From contig NC_092675.1 of assembly GCF_964355755.1 (NCBI RefSeq), positions 18,324,912 through 18,388,911 of the forward strand: a stretch of DNA of 64,000 nt. The letters run 5' to 3'. Below are positions 40,401-53,175 of the stretch, one piece after another. This DNA comes from Antedon mediterranea. Its lineage: Eukaryota; Animalia; Echinodermata. The notes beneath the pieces were generated by a model that had not been told where the DNA came from, did not search any database, and saw nothing but the letters and a program-made list of their open reading frames with translations. Within the stretch, counting starts at the first letter, position 1. Every line of letters starts with the position of its first letter. A program made the position numbers and the translations under genes.

Positions 40401-43400
40401 GGAAGGATTTTTGATTGGTTGTTGGATATTAGAGGTTGGATATTCGATTGTAAAAGTTATTGTGAAGCTGTTGTTTAAAGACACCTTCCCTACAATTTGT
40501 GACGTTTTGTAAAAATAATACATATATATTACTTTAAAAACATTAAACCAGGTCATTCCTTGTCTTAAATGTACGTTTTATGGTAAATTATGATAAAAAG
40601 TGAGAAACAATGCACTGCCTAAGTAGCTCACGGCGACTGACCTCTCGTGGACGGTCTTTAGGCCTGGCCTAGCTGGTAAACATCGGTAATGTACGAACAT
40701 CGTACGCTAGCTATATACCTAGCCTGACGTTGTATAGTTTCTGCATTAATTGTGATTCTATTTTTGCCAGACTCTGTTGATACAAATTGGGGAAAACCCG
40801 ATATTTTCGCTGAAAAGTTAGGAGTCTTCCATTTTTTTTTGGCCTCACGATCGATCGAAAAATGGGTTAATTACAGAAGAAAAGCAGAAATATCAATCCG
40901 CGCGCAATGCATTTTGGGATTTATAGCGGGCCGCTATAATTATTAGAATCGACTTATTTTTCACATTTTTAACCATTTAAAGACGAAAAAAGTTATCCCA
41001 ATAGGACCATATAGTATTAGTTTTACATTAAATATAGTTTGTGATCTTAAAGTAGATCTAAAAAACGTAGGGAAGGTGTCTTTAAAGTGCTTACTGGATT
41101 GTTAAGTTAAGTTGATTGAAATTAAAGCTTTGATTTTGAGTTATTTTACAACTTTGTGTATTTTGTGTGTATACTTTTATGTCACACGGGAGTAATTTCT
41201 CGGAAACATACGTAAAAGGAATTTGTGACACTTGACATTAATATATAGATTACACAGTAAACAAGCTATCCAGGGCAGTATCCCGGACATGCTGCCTATA
41301 AACATGTTACAGTATGAGGGTGGTTTTTAATAACATGACATAAGGAAGAACATTTAGACAATCTGAATGTTTTTTTCTTCAAATCAGAAAAAAGGGGAAG
41401 AAAGTTTATGGCATATTGGCCATGATTCTAAACTCACAACAATGACATTATAAGATTTGCTGCTAAAGATATGTGATTTGCTGCTAAAGATATGTGATTT
41501 GCTGCTAAAGATATGCGATTTGCTGCTATAAAGATATGCAATTTGCTGCTATAAAGATATGCGATTTGCTGCTATAAAGATTTGTGATTTGCTGCTAAAG
41601 ATATGCGATTCGCTGCTAAAGATATGTGATTTGCTGCTAAAGATATGCTATTTGCTGCTAAAGATATGTGATTTCTTGGTGGAAAGAAGCATCACTACAT
41701 TCTTAGTTGAAAGGCACCAACAAGTAAATACTGCAGTATTAACTACTCATATTTTAAATTACATAACAATCATTCAAAATTAAACCTTATTTACCTGTTG
41801 CACAGAAATCTTCCTTCGAGATACTTTTCTGACATGAAACAAACGTGGTTGATATTTTTCTGGTTCTACATGTCTGAAACCGGTATCCGCTCCTCCGGAC
41901 ATAATATTCATAGTCTTAAAGTAATCCTTAAACATTTCTGATTCATAACTTTGGACTTCTCTATGCTGTATTGGTTTGTCATCCAGTAGAGTGTCCAGTT
42001 CAACTGTTTTATATGCAGCAGTTGCATACTCATCCTATACAGAATCAAGTGGTAAAAGTTAATTATAAAATAAGCCTAAACAACTTTATATGCAGGTTTT
42101 TCTTTTGTTTTTTTGTAAAAAAATCTTTCTCAATTCTGTTCCTAATGATCAGCTGGATTGACTATTCTCTTACAATTTTTGTTGAAATATACACATAAAT
42201 AAAGCAAAAAAAATGCCCATACATAGATATATCAAAGAAAAGAATTACAGTGGTACTGTATTAACAGTCTTTTTAGGATTTTATATGTATATTTTGTATG
42301 GCTTTTTTTTTTATCGTATTTTATATTTTATGTACTGTATCCATTTTATATTTGTATGTATAGCCTGGGTGCAGAACAATTATTATACACATTTGCGGGA
42401 AAAAAGTATAGGAAAATTTTTTTTTTGTTTTTCTAATAGAGTATACCATATAGAATGTCAGAAAAAAAATCCCCATTCCAGGGTCTTGGGGAAAATTTTT
42501 TATGGCACTTTTAAATTTTGGCCTATATAACACACACAAATTCCTATTAACATACACAAATACCTATATATAGGGGATAGGGAAAATCAATTAACAGTTT
42601 TTGTTACTTGCAGTTGTGTTTTAATGATTAAAATTAGTAGAGGCTTACTTTAATAACTACTTCTCATAGTAGTTGATGAATCAAGTCGATACGATGACAT
42701 CATCATGCCAGAATCCAATATGGCGTCCGATTTGGCGGGAAAAACAGGGTATTGCTAAACCCCCGCAAACCCCTGGAAACCTCCAAAAAAACATAGAAAA
42801 CCCCACCGAACCAACATAAAAGTGATTGAATCATGGAGTGTACACCACACTGGGTATGTCCATGTAAAAAAAAATTAAAATTTCTACTGTTAACTACTTA
42901 TTTTTGGGATAAAACGTCATTTTTTGGTTAAAAATTAGCAATCATTTTTTACCAGAAAATGATGTTTTACCCCAAAAATAAGTAGTTAACAGTAGAAATT
43001 TTATTTTTTTAAAACATGGATATACCCAGTGGGTCGTACACTACATGATTCAATCACTTTTATTATGTTGGTTCGGTGGGGTTTGCTATGTTTTTTTGGA
43101 GGTTTGCAGGGTTTAGCAATCATTTTTGACCAAAAAATGATGTTTTGCCCCAAAAATAAGTAGTTAACAGTAGAAATTTAATTTTTTTTTTTCATGGATA
43201 TACCCAGTGGGTCGTACACTACATGATTCAATCACTTTTATGTTGGTTCGGTGGGGGTTTGCTATGTTATTTTGGAGGTTTCCAGGGGTTTGCGGGGGTT
43301 CAGCAATACCCTGTTTTTTCCGCCAAATTGGACGCCATATTGGATTCTGGCATGATGATGTCATTGTTATGGACTCGATTTATCAACTACTATGAGAAGT

Positions 43401-45841
43401 AGTTATTAAAGTAAGCCTCAGCTAATTTTAATAATCATAACACAACTCCAAGTTAAAAAAAACGTGAATTGGTTTTCCCTATCCCCTATATATAGGTATT
43501 TGTGTGTGTTAATAGGCATTTGTGTGTGTTATATAGGCCAAAATTTAAAAGTGCCGTAAAAAATTTTCCCCAAGACCCTGGGATGGGGATTTTTTTTCTG
43601 ACATTCTATATGGTATACTCTATCAGAAAAAAAAGAAAAAAATTTTCCTATACTTTTTTCCCGCAAAATTTGTACTGCACCCAGGCTAGTACTGTACTTT
43701 TGAAAAGGCCAACAGAGTTTCCCCATGGGGATAATAAAGTTTTAATTGAATTGAATTGAATTTATAACAGACAATATGCTCTGGCTATATAAAAATTAAC
43801 AAAGATATTCAGGTTTTTTTCTTTAGGTCTACAGTACTTTTCTTAAGCAGTTTAAACCTTACCTGAGTTGAATTTTTGCCAATCCAGAAATGTACGTCAT
43901 ATAGCAGTTCTTCATTATCTGGCTCTTTCTGAAAAATTAGAAAATTATACATTTGCATAATATAAACTTGCTGTTATGGCAACATCAAATGAACGGACAT
44001 GATAAAATCATAAAAACATCATCATACATCAGTTAATTTAAAATTTTTAAATTCTTGTAATGTTGTGTAAAATTCATATAACTTTTACAATTTAGTTCAT
44101 TCATACAGTGCTAAATTATAATATTATATATAGTCACCCCTAAAAATGTCAACAAATTTTGTATGGGGTGGGTTTACAGGTCAGTCACTTGTTTAAGTCA
44201 AGATCCATTTTATTAAAAAAAAAAATTATATTAGTCATTGACAAAGAATGTTAATTTTGTAGTTTACTTCTTTTCTTCGTGTTGACATGAAAAAACATAA
44301 AAAGAAAAAATTAAAAAGCAATTTTTGACACATGAACCCACATTCAGATGAATAGAAATAAACAGAACATGTGCGATAGCTATTGTTATACACATCCGCA
44401 AATAAATACCATTTGAGGCTTAGAGAGCCATGAGGCTTAGAGATCTATTAGGCCTAGAGAGCCATGAGGCCTAGAGATCTATGAGGCTTAGAGATCCATG
44501 AGGCTTTAGAGATCTATGAGGCTTAGAGATCCATGAGGCTTAGAGATCCATGAGGCCTAGAGATCCATGAGGCCTAGAGATCCATGAGGCCTAGAGAGCC
44601 ATGAGGCCTAGAGAGCCATGAGGCCTAGAGAGCCATGAGGCCTAGAGAGCCATGAGGCCTAGAGAGCCATGAGGCCTAGAGATCTATGAGGCCTAGAGAT
44701 CTATGAGGCCTAGAGATCTATGAGGCCTAGAGAGCCATGAGGCCTAGAGAGCCATGAGGCCTAGAGAGCCATGAGGCCTAGAGAGCCATGAGGCCTAGAG
44801 AGCCATGAGGCCTAGAGAGCCATGAGGCCTAGAGAGCCATGAGGCTTAGAGCAGCCATGAGGCTTAGAGCAGCCATGAGGCTTAGAGCAGCCATGAGGCC
44901 TAGAGAGCTATGAGACTTAGAGAGCTATGAGGCTTAGAGATCTATGAGGCTTAGAGAGCCATGAGGCCTAGAGAGCCATGAGGCCTAGAGAGCCATGAGG
45001 CCTAGAGAGCCATGAGGCCTAGAGAGCCATGAGGCCTAGAGAGCCATGAGGCTTAGAGAGCCATGAGGCTTAGAGATCTACTGTATGAGGCTTAGAGATC
45101 TATGAGGCCTAGAGATCTATGAGGCCTAGAGAGCCATGAGGCCTAGAGAGCCATGAGGCCTAGAGAGCCATGAGGCCTAGAGAGCCATGAGGCCTAGAGA
45201 GCCATGAGGCTTAGAGAGCCATGAGGCCTAGAGAGCCATGAGGCCTAGAGAGCCATGATGCTTAGAGAGCCATGAGACTTAGAGAGCCCTGAGACATAGA
45301 GAGCCATGAGGCCTAGAGAGCCATGAGTTAATGTATAAAAGCACTAAAGCGTCTTTCACACCTGTTCCGGCACGGTTCCGGTCAGGCACCAAAAAATCCA
45401 ATCGAATTAAATGTTTCGTTTTCATGCGGCTACGTGAATATCGATTGGCGCATAGCCGTGTGGAGCGTCGTGAAAACGAAACATTAATATTTAAACTGGA
45501 ACAGGTGTGACAGACCCTTAACAGCAGGACTGAACCCTAGGCTTTGGGATTGGACAACAAGCATTTTAACCACCAAGCTATATCTCCACTATACGTACAT
45601 AGGTGTTGAGAATAATATAAGAATCTCCATCAAAGAATGATCCATATTGATTCTTGTCCCAGTGTGTAACCTTAAATTTGACAATGCGCCAGATTTGTAG
45701 TCCAGTCTTCTCTCCGGCACCTTTCCAGGCTTCTTCTGTCAGGGCAGCCTCTTTTTTCACTTTCCTATCTTCATCACTCCCGACAAGAGCCATGTTGGAA
45801 TCTTTCCAGTCATATTCTTTGGCTTTTACTAATCCAGTCAT
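34415..45841 (-). CDS. Three-domain gelsolin/severin-like actin-binding protein, paralog B (~368 aa)
   Basis: 8 exons in frame: 45841-45599, 43928-43863, 42034-41795, 40076-39966, 39288-39116, 37514-37436, 37156-37061, 34513-34415 (TAG). Same motifs as paralog A: [67 protein letters not shown]. Confidence 0.95.
34870..35865 (-). mobile_element. Truncated, frameshifted LINE (RT domain plus C-terminal fragment) in the last intron of gelsolin B
   Basis: QGGFRADRRCEDHIFTL, FLAFLDFKKAFDTV, GVKQGCSLSPILFSIFIN, FWAGD (catalytic ADD lost), then a jump to a C-terminal FLECPELNDIR segment. Confidence 0.9.
35909..36828. mobile_element. Non-autonomous PIF/Harbinger-type DNA transposon (920 bp)
   Basis: Perfect 38-bp TIR CGCCCGTATTCTTAAACCGGACTTTAGTCGTAGTTCGA and TAA TSD on both sides. 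Confidence 0.9.
38700..38958. mobile_element. Solo right end of an element related to the 10733-13707 transposon
   Basis: Ends tagggatctggacta (cf. tagggactggacta) and carries aaattgaggtcagaggtca, as at ~13566. Confidence 0.55.
40479..41081. mobile_element. Non-autonomous DNA transposon, Kolobok-like
   Basis: TIR AGACACCTTCCCTAC / GTAGGGAAGGTGTCT flanked by TTAA on both sides; purine-purine termini rather than the CCC typical of piggyBac. Confidence 0.8.
41452..41674. repeat. 21-bp minisatellite, ~10 copies
   Basis: (aaagatatgtgatttgctgct)n, with some 23-bp variants. Confidence 0.95.
42361..43688. mobile_element. Foldback (almost wholly palindromic) DNA element, Academ-like
   Basis: TAGCCTGGGTGCAG ... 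CTGCACCCAGGCTA, GTA on both flanks, ~575-bp inverted arms, internal ~178-bp direct duplication (~42937-43114). Confidence 0.9.
44414..45326. repeat. 17-bp minisatellite, ~53 copies
   Basis: (gaggcctagagagccat)n with gatct/gctt variants. Confidence 0.98.
45348..45518. mobile_element. PIF/Harbinger-type MITE, family 2
   Basis: AGCGTCTTTCACACCTGTTCC / GGAACAGGTGTGACAGACCCT with TAA TSD. Confidence 0.75.
45523..45590 (-). mobile_element. tRNA-derived SINE head or tRNA-like relic
   Basis: Minus strand: A-box-like TAGCTTGGTGG and B-box-like GGTTCAGTCC about 30 nt apart; no intact cloverleaf. Confidence 0.45.
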
Positions 45842-48800
45842 GATGAAATACTTTTGTTATTCTAAAAAGAAAAAATGTACAGTATTTATGAATTAATTAA
45901 AATTATTGTGAATACATTACATATAATATGTGGTAAATGTCATCACAGTGTAACATGTACAGTAAGTAGATACTGCAGTATTAAAATAGTACAAAAATAT
46001 ATTTACACAAGTGGAAATTTAGGACAAATTAAATATTTATTAAGAAATTCCATGGAAAATCCATGTACAGTATGAGGGATCCCATATACAGGGAATGTAC
46101 GGAGGATCCCATGTATCGGGGATCACATTAAAGAAAAGTTTCTTCATGTCACAGTGTAAGATATCGTTAAAAAGCTGTATCTCTACTGTATACTGATCAA
46201 CTTTGAAGTCGACGAAATTATGTTAAATATTGTATAGATAACTTTGGATTAGCCTATTTGGAATCAAAGGCTTACATCCCAGGAATTGGGTACATAACTT
46301 AAATGATTTTCTTTGAATAATGCAAAAGAAAGCAAGCAAACTAAATAACAAAAAATACATTAGGATAATGTATTTGTACAGTCAACTGCAACTAATTTAA
46401 AATAAAATTTAAGTAATATCAATCAAGTTATTGCCACTGTGACAAACAAGCATTGAATGATAGTTAAGCTATTATAACTGACTAGATTTCTGGGTACTAA
46501 TCAAATACATGTATGTAGCTTTATACAGTACAGGAACTAGAAAGAGATATAAGCCTTTAATTGTGCGCCAGTGAACCAATAACAAAGAAGAGACTTGTAT
46601 TAGCATATCACAGACACTTTGCACAAAACAAAATGACCAAATAAGGTACTGAATTTACAAGGCAAAGTCCTACTGTGGAACTATTGGCTGCAATGTTCTG
46701 AATGGTTTTTACGTGGGCTAGTGAGTTTTAAAGTGGAAACTTTGTTTTTTAGCATTGAGTTGACAGTGGTCTTCTATGGCATGATAAACATGACGTCAAA
46801 CAGCATCAAGTATTATCCTGTAGTGGGCAGATATTTAACCAACATATCAATATAGTTACTGTTGTTTCTTATTTCCTATAGTTCTATATAATAATGGATT
46901 GATCACATTTGTTTTTACTGTAAAAATAGTTTGTTACTACTGTACTACTTTAAATACTAATGCATATTCTATGGCTAATATTTCATTTATTTATTAATAA
47001 TTTATTTGTTCAAAAAACATCTGTGGCTTCGAAAAAGTAAATGAAGCTATACTGTAGCTCGCAAGCCAGAAGTCGCAGAAATATAAAGAAATATTGTAAT
47101 TTGATAAAAATGTATATCATTTTCTGAATTCTGTAAATAGTGTAGTGCAGTTACAAAAATACCAAGTATAAGTAACACTACCTTAGAGATATTATATATA
47201 GCTAACTAGAATGTAATTAATACTAAAGTACATTTAAATCAAAACGCATGTAAAGATACAGTGGAGTGCAGTTTTTATAAAATTAATTACCTTTTTTTAT
47301 TAGTGAATACATAATTAACAGATAAAGTTTAAACAAACAAAAAAACGGACTATAAATATTTATAGGACATTGATAAGGATATTCTCTTGCCTTGCTTAAT
47401 ATAAAATAATAATAAATTATTTATCAATTTGGTATGAACGAATGCAATTGATAGTATATATGCAATTGATGTACAGATTAATGGGATTAACCAATTCCCA
47501 ACTGATATACACATTCCTTTTAACCTAATTAAATATTCAATAATTTAAAATTTGCTAACATAACAACGTCACTAAAGATTAAATATTCAATACTTACAAA
47601 CTGTAGTGTAGTTTACTTTACTAAATAATTTATTTATTATTGGATTCCATGTATAAAGCAACACCATATTATATTAAGAGTACAGGTGATGAAAACGCTT
47701 GTATAGATAATTATTGATTTAAGAAAGTGATATGTTATAAAGTGTTTATTTAACATTATTGTAGAATACTGTACGTGTACAGTACATACAGTACTACAGT
47801 ACTGTTAGACAATTGGTATGTGATATTGTGAATATCAAATGTGAATAATATATTATTATTATGATATATAATTAATATATAGTATTCCAGTTTTATGCTG
47901 AATTATATATTATTAAATTAGTCATTTCTCCTGCATTTATTATTGGTTGAAAGAACAAGAAGCGAAATCAATGACTGTTACCTCAACTGTCAATCAAAAA
48001 TCATTACTGTTGTGTGTTTAGCAACAAACTGCAGTAACCAGTTAAATGGCATTACAATATTTATTTGTCAGGTTATTTGAAAGGTGTAATATATACAGTT
48101 ACTATTCCAAAACAACTACAATACTTTGATTCAAGTCATTAGAGGAGGTGGTATGGACGGAGGATGTTCACATAAACAAACTGTATGAATCTAGGCGAGT
48201 CCTTCCCAGTCATTAAAAGGCAGAATCACACCCTTACACTAGACATTTGATTGGAGAGTAAATTTGTTTGACCCATTTTGATCATTTTTATAGGCTTGTG
48301 CTATATAGCTGTGTTTTTGAACAATTTCTAGTGTTTTTGTTTACAACCTTGGAATCTTTTATTCAGTATACAACAAAGCACCCTTTACTTTTTGATAGTT
48401 TTGTTAAAATTAGCAATTCTCCACAGATTGCAATGCTCTTGTTCACTGAACAATGCCAAGGATTCCTTTGGATCAGTGTCTTTAAACATCAAAACATTTC
48501 CAGCAATTTTAGGGTCAATCGAAAACAATTAATTGCAATCTGATTTATTTCCCAAAAGACATCCAGCGTCTGATTATTCAATCACATATTGTTAAAAAAC
48601 AGATGAAATATCACTCAATCTAGTAAAGTTTATATGCTACAGTAATGATATTTAGGATAGCAAATTGAAAAAATTGCCATCTGTTTTCAAAAATATTTTG
48701 TAAATTAAATAAAAAAAAAAAAAAATTAGCTTTGGAGTTATAAAAAAAAAAATTGGAGTAAATAATTTCCGAAAGGAAATCATATGATAAAGCTTGAAAA

Positions 48801-50407
48801 TGTTGACAATCAAGTGTCGAGGTCGTACAGTAGTGTAAAAAAATATAAAATGAACAACAGTATTCACATAAGTAGATATCATTACTAAAAAGTTCAAACT
48901 TGGTTCATTAATGCACATCTTTCAATAGGAGCATAATGTGACATACTTTATTAATGGAACTAGGTAAGATTCGAAAACAAAAAAAGTCTGTCAATGTACC
49001 AATTACATTATTCAATTTAGTCTACACACATTTTGTTTATATTACAGAGCTTTTGTTGATATCACTCATTTTTAAAAATCAATAAATTGAAGCAAATGTA
49101 TTTGTTTGCGCATTTGAACGTGGGGTGGGGGCTGAGATTTTAAAGATTATCTTGGGACGGCTTATTCAAATTCCAAAACAAACAACATGCATTTTGAGCT
49201 ACAATTGCAATATACAGTAATTTTATTAGCTCAAAATATCTTATTCAGGCATCCAATAGCTAATTGTGCCTATTGTATTAGTACATTTACAATAGTTTTA
49301 AGAATGGTAATAAAAATTTTAAAAAAATTTCTTGTAATATGATTTTTACTTTTTAGTAGAAATGTTAAAATAAAATAAAGTCTGTAAAACTTACCTGAAG
49401 AATAAATATAAAAGTATAAATTAAAGTCACAATATTTAAATAAATAAATGTTTAAAATCCTTGGATTATATACAGTAAAATTGCTATCTTTTGGCTGGGT
49501 GTGACTACACTACGGGAAATTATCAGACCGGCAAAAATGGCTGTTGAGCTACTACTAGTACTACTGTAGTTAGGAGTAAACCCTTATATGACCTAGACAT
49601 GTAGGGTTACGTGGGTGGCATATCACTGATTCATCACTTACTGATCACTTCCCTTTAGCTATTTAGAAATAATACTTTGATATTTTATCTGTAACACATC
49701 AGAATTACGAGGGCTTTTGGTATACAGTGTAAACCAATCATTTTTTTGCATGGTTAGCACTTTATTGGGTATAAAGGTGTACGTATTGCAATGATACAAT
49801 AATTATAATTGAAAACAGAAGAGCAGTATGGACAGATTACACATTGTTTTTATGTTGATAAAACAAAAATTTTGTATGTGCAATAGTACAGTAACTTAAC
49901 CGTTACAATTGGAGAAATTAAAGAAAAAAATAATCAAAATGCAGTAAATCAATGGTAAAACATACAGTACATACACTTTTACTGAACAGTGTATGTAAAA
50001 CTTGTTATTAAAATGTACTGTACTACAATGCAAAAGTCTAATTAATGCAAGATATACAGTACTGTATGTCAACTCTAAAAATTAATTGATAATTACTATA
50101 GCAACACAAAATCAGAAATGCCAATTTGAAAAAATTCAATAAATATAAAATGAGGCCATCACTTGACATTGCCATTTGCATATATTTATTTTATTTACCG
50201 AGTGCCTTATAAGTGGATGTTATATACTCATAGTAAAAGCTTATTGAGAGGTCTCCATTTACACAAGGCCGACTTTATTAACGTAAAATAATATACGCTA
50301 CCTGCAGTATACTTTATATTATACATTGGCATATATTACAGTGTTTTGTGCTGGTATTCATTGACAATATGTAATTAATAAATAATATGTAATTAAATTA
50401 AATACTA

Positions 50408-50483
50408 CAGTGGCAGATCCATAATTTTTTTTGGAAGTGGGGGGGGGGGGGGGGGGGCGGGGCGGGGCGGGGCGAAGGGGTGG
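50408..50483. repeat. Poly-G / (GGGGC)n tract following CAGTGGCAGATCC (probable MITE end)
   Basis: About 20 consecutive G, then cggggcggggcgggg, in an otherwise AT-rich region. Confidence 0.7.
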
Positions 50484-51872
50484 TCATAAAAATTGTGAAA
50501 TAAAGTGTTGAGCTATATACCTAATTTACTATCTTTTGCATGATATCCGTTTTCAGACTCAATACACTTTGGATATCCATATTATCTAAGAGAAAACTAC
50601 TGTACAGAATTAACTGTAGATGATACTGTACAATACTAAAGAAAAAGTACCAACCAAGTCTCGATAGCTATTCAATAATTAGTAAATGTCTCATTCTATG
50701 TACACAACAAACATTTAATTTGGTCAAAAATCTAGAGCAATTTACAATTGTACAGTAGATAGCAAATGTATTAAGAGAGCCGCTGTACAGCACAATCCAA
50801 CACAAGCAGTCTTTATCAACAGAGTTGGAATTGACATACCACCCTACAGTACACAAATCTGTTATCATTATGTACAGTAATTAACCTTGTTTGCAGTATC
50901 TTGGGCGGATCAGTAGTACTATACCACCTTATCAAGCACTTCAATTGACCTACTGGTCACGTGTTATTGTCTGGTGCCAATATGGAGTTCTATAATCAGA
51001 GAGCAACAAATCCTCACACAATATGTAATGATGTACAGTAGACTATCATGTTTACTATGGTAACCACATACTGTAGGAAAAATTGGAATTGGAATTTATT
51101 TCCTCATTCTCCAGGTAAGAAGAAGTGGAAGATGACTATTAACAACATTTTTATTTAAAAAATTACACTATTATATTATACAACATTAAAGAAAGGGTAA
51201 AGCAAGATGCACATGATATGGCTCATCATAACTGTAACTGGGTACTGTCATAAGTAAAAACATTTTAAGTGCCTTGTGGGCCCAGCATAGTAAACACTTC
51301 AGATTTGCAGCTACAGTACTGTAATCAATGTACAGTACAATATCTTCTACAATGTTAGTTACAGTAAGGCTAACACAATGCCCAACAAGCTATAAAAACC
51401 TGGGAAGCTGTGAAACAACTACTGTAGCTTAATTGAACTAGAGTTTAGTGAAACTACTTAACAAGCCCAGAAAAACAAATTTAAGCTCTAATGCGATATT
51501 TTAAATATGATGATAGAGTAAAATTTTCACTGCATGAAGAATTTACCATCAATTACCAAATGGAACTGATAATGATTGCTCTATTACCTCCTCGTTCTGT
51601 ATTCAAATTTGTTAATGATGACCTTGATCAAATGTACATTATAATGGTAATAAAGGTAATTGTTCATTCATAACCATTTGTTGGATTGTAAAGATACGAT
51701 AAAGCAGTAGAGGCCCTTTTAGCCTTTTGTATGTCATTTACAGTATTTTTCTAGGAATAATAATGTAATACGTTCATACTAATGGCGGATCTAGAATTTA
51801 GAACGTAAAAGGACAAAAATACACAATATTATAAACTACACAAATCAAAAGTGGTTAGTAGCCTATAAGTGC

Positions 51873-51949
51873 TAGCTTACCTGGATAAACCGAAATTAGC
51901 CTATTCTCTCAGAGGAAATAGGCTAATGTCGGTTTATCCAGGTAAGCTA
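51873..51949. repeat. 77-bp near-perfect palindrome with TAG...CTA ends
   Basis: tagcttacctggataaaccgaaattagcctatt ... aataggctaatgtcggtttatccaggtaagcta; one mismatch in 33-bp arms. Confidence 0.9.
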
Positions 51950-52689
51950 CTGTAGGCACCAAATTTTTATAAAATTGAACTAATGTACAGTACAATTATT
52001 CAGCCTTGTGCTGAACTCCAGAACCTTTCTTACTGTATGTAGGAGGGTAAGTACTGAAAGGCAAAAAATAAAAGACTTTTAAATTCAGATCAGTATCCAC
52101 AAACTAATGCTAAAGAAATGCTCTACAAAAGTAAGTTCTGAATTTGTGAACTGTGTATACAGGAGGTAAGTGTTTTTGTACAGTACCTACAGTATGTGTG
52201 CAAGGTATCCGATACTTGCATGTAAAGAATGCTTACCTTATTAAGAAATAATTATTTAAAAAGTATTAAGTAAATAAGAATACAGTAGTAGTACACTAGC
52301 CATTATAAATAACAGCTACAGTAGGTATGTGCATTATTAGAAAAATATATAAAAAATAAAATTCATTCATTCATTTCAGATTATGGAGTGGCCATGTTGA
52401 AAAAACAGAAACCAATTCCACCATGAACATGTACTCAATGTTTAGGTCTGTGACTAGTACACACTACAACAGTCATCTACTGACTGTACTAACACTTGAA
52501 CATGCTTACTGTACCCCCTCACTCACTCAAGCCTAGCTAGCTGGAATGGCATGACACGTCTCTAATTAAATCATATACCGCATAGCGCGATAATCGCATG
52601 TATCTATGCCTCACACACGGCGTGGTCACGTAAAATCTGTACACTAATATTTATTATTTCGACAACATTAGTTTATGATTATTATCTGT

Positions 52690-52850
52690 ACCTTACCTTT
52701 GAAAAAAAAATTCTTGGCCGCACCCAAATACGCTGTATTACTGCCGCTGCCCGAGCAAAAGGTCGTTCGCTACAAAACGGAAGACAACTAGATGGGCGTG
52801 TCTGACAAACCACTTGATAGATTTTGCCGGTATATTCAGCCAATCAGATT
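52690..52850 (-). promoter_or_regulatory. Candidate promoter / non-coding first exon (probably of gelsolin paralog B)
   Basis: Minus-strand donor AAG|GTAAGG near 52696, CpG-rich patch, CGGAAG, GGGCGT and CCAATCA motifs. Confidence 0.3.
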
Positions 52851-53175
52851 CAAGTATCTGATAGGTTCAGTTATTACAACGTAAATAATAAATGAACAGG
52901 TAAATAGACAAATAATTTTGTTATAAATTGCACATATATCTCAATTAACTTTATTTATTTAACCACGTAGGCTCAGATCAACACAAAATTTGTTCTCTCC
53001 AGGGACTCCAGTAACAAACAAAATAAAGTAAAAAACAGCAAGGCATAATTTTCATTATATTTTGGTTTTAATTGATATATTGGTGTCTTAAAACAGGTTC
53101 AGAGGCCTTAGATAAAGTTCAAACGAAGAGTGTACTAAACTTTTAGTTTGTCTTCTAATTTGTGAGAGGAGCATC

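Noticed and set aside
41559-41783. KICDLLL repeat ORF
   Set aside because: Translation of the 21-bp minisatellite.
42213-43759. Mirror-image ORF pairs (42213+/43529-, 42321-/43502+)
   Set aside because: They are by-products of the foldback element's inverted arms.
25115-45841. Read-through fusion of the two gelsolin genes into a six-domain gelsolin
   Set aside because: Each gene has its own ATG and stop. Splicing B's phase-0 donor (37061) to A's first acceptor (30273, 11 nt before the ATG) is out of frame, and other joins truncate domains.
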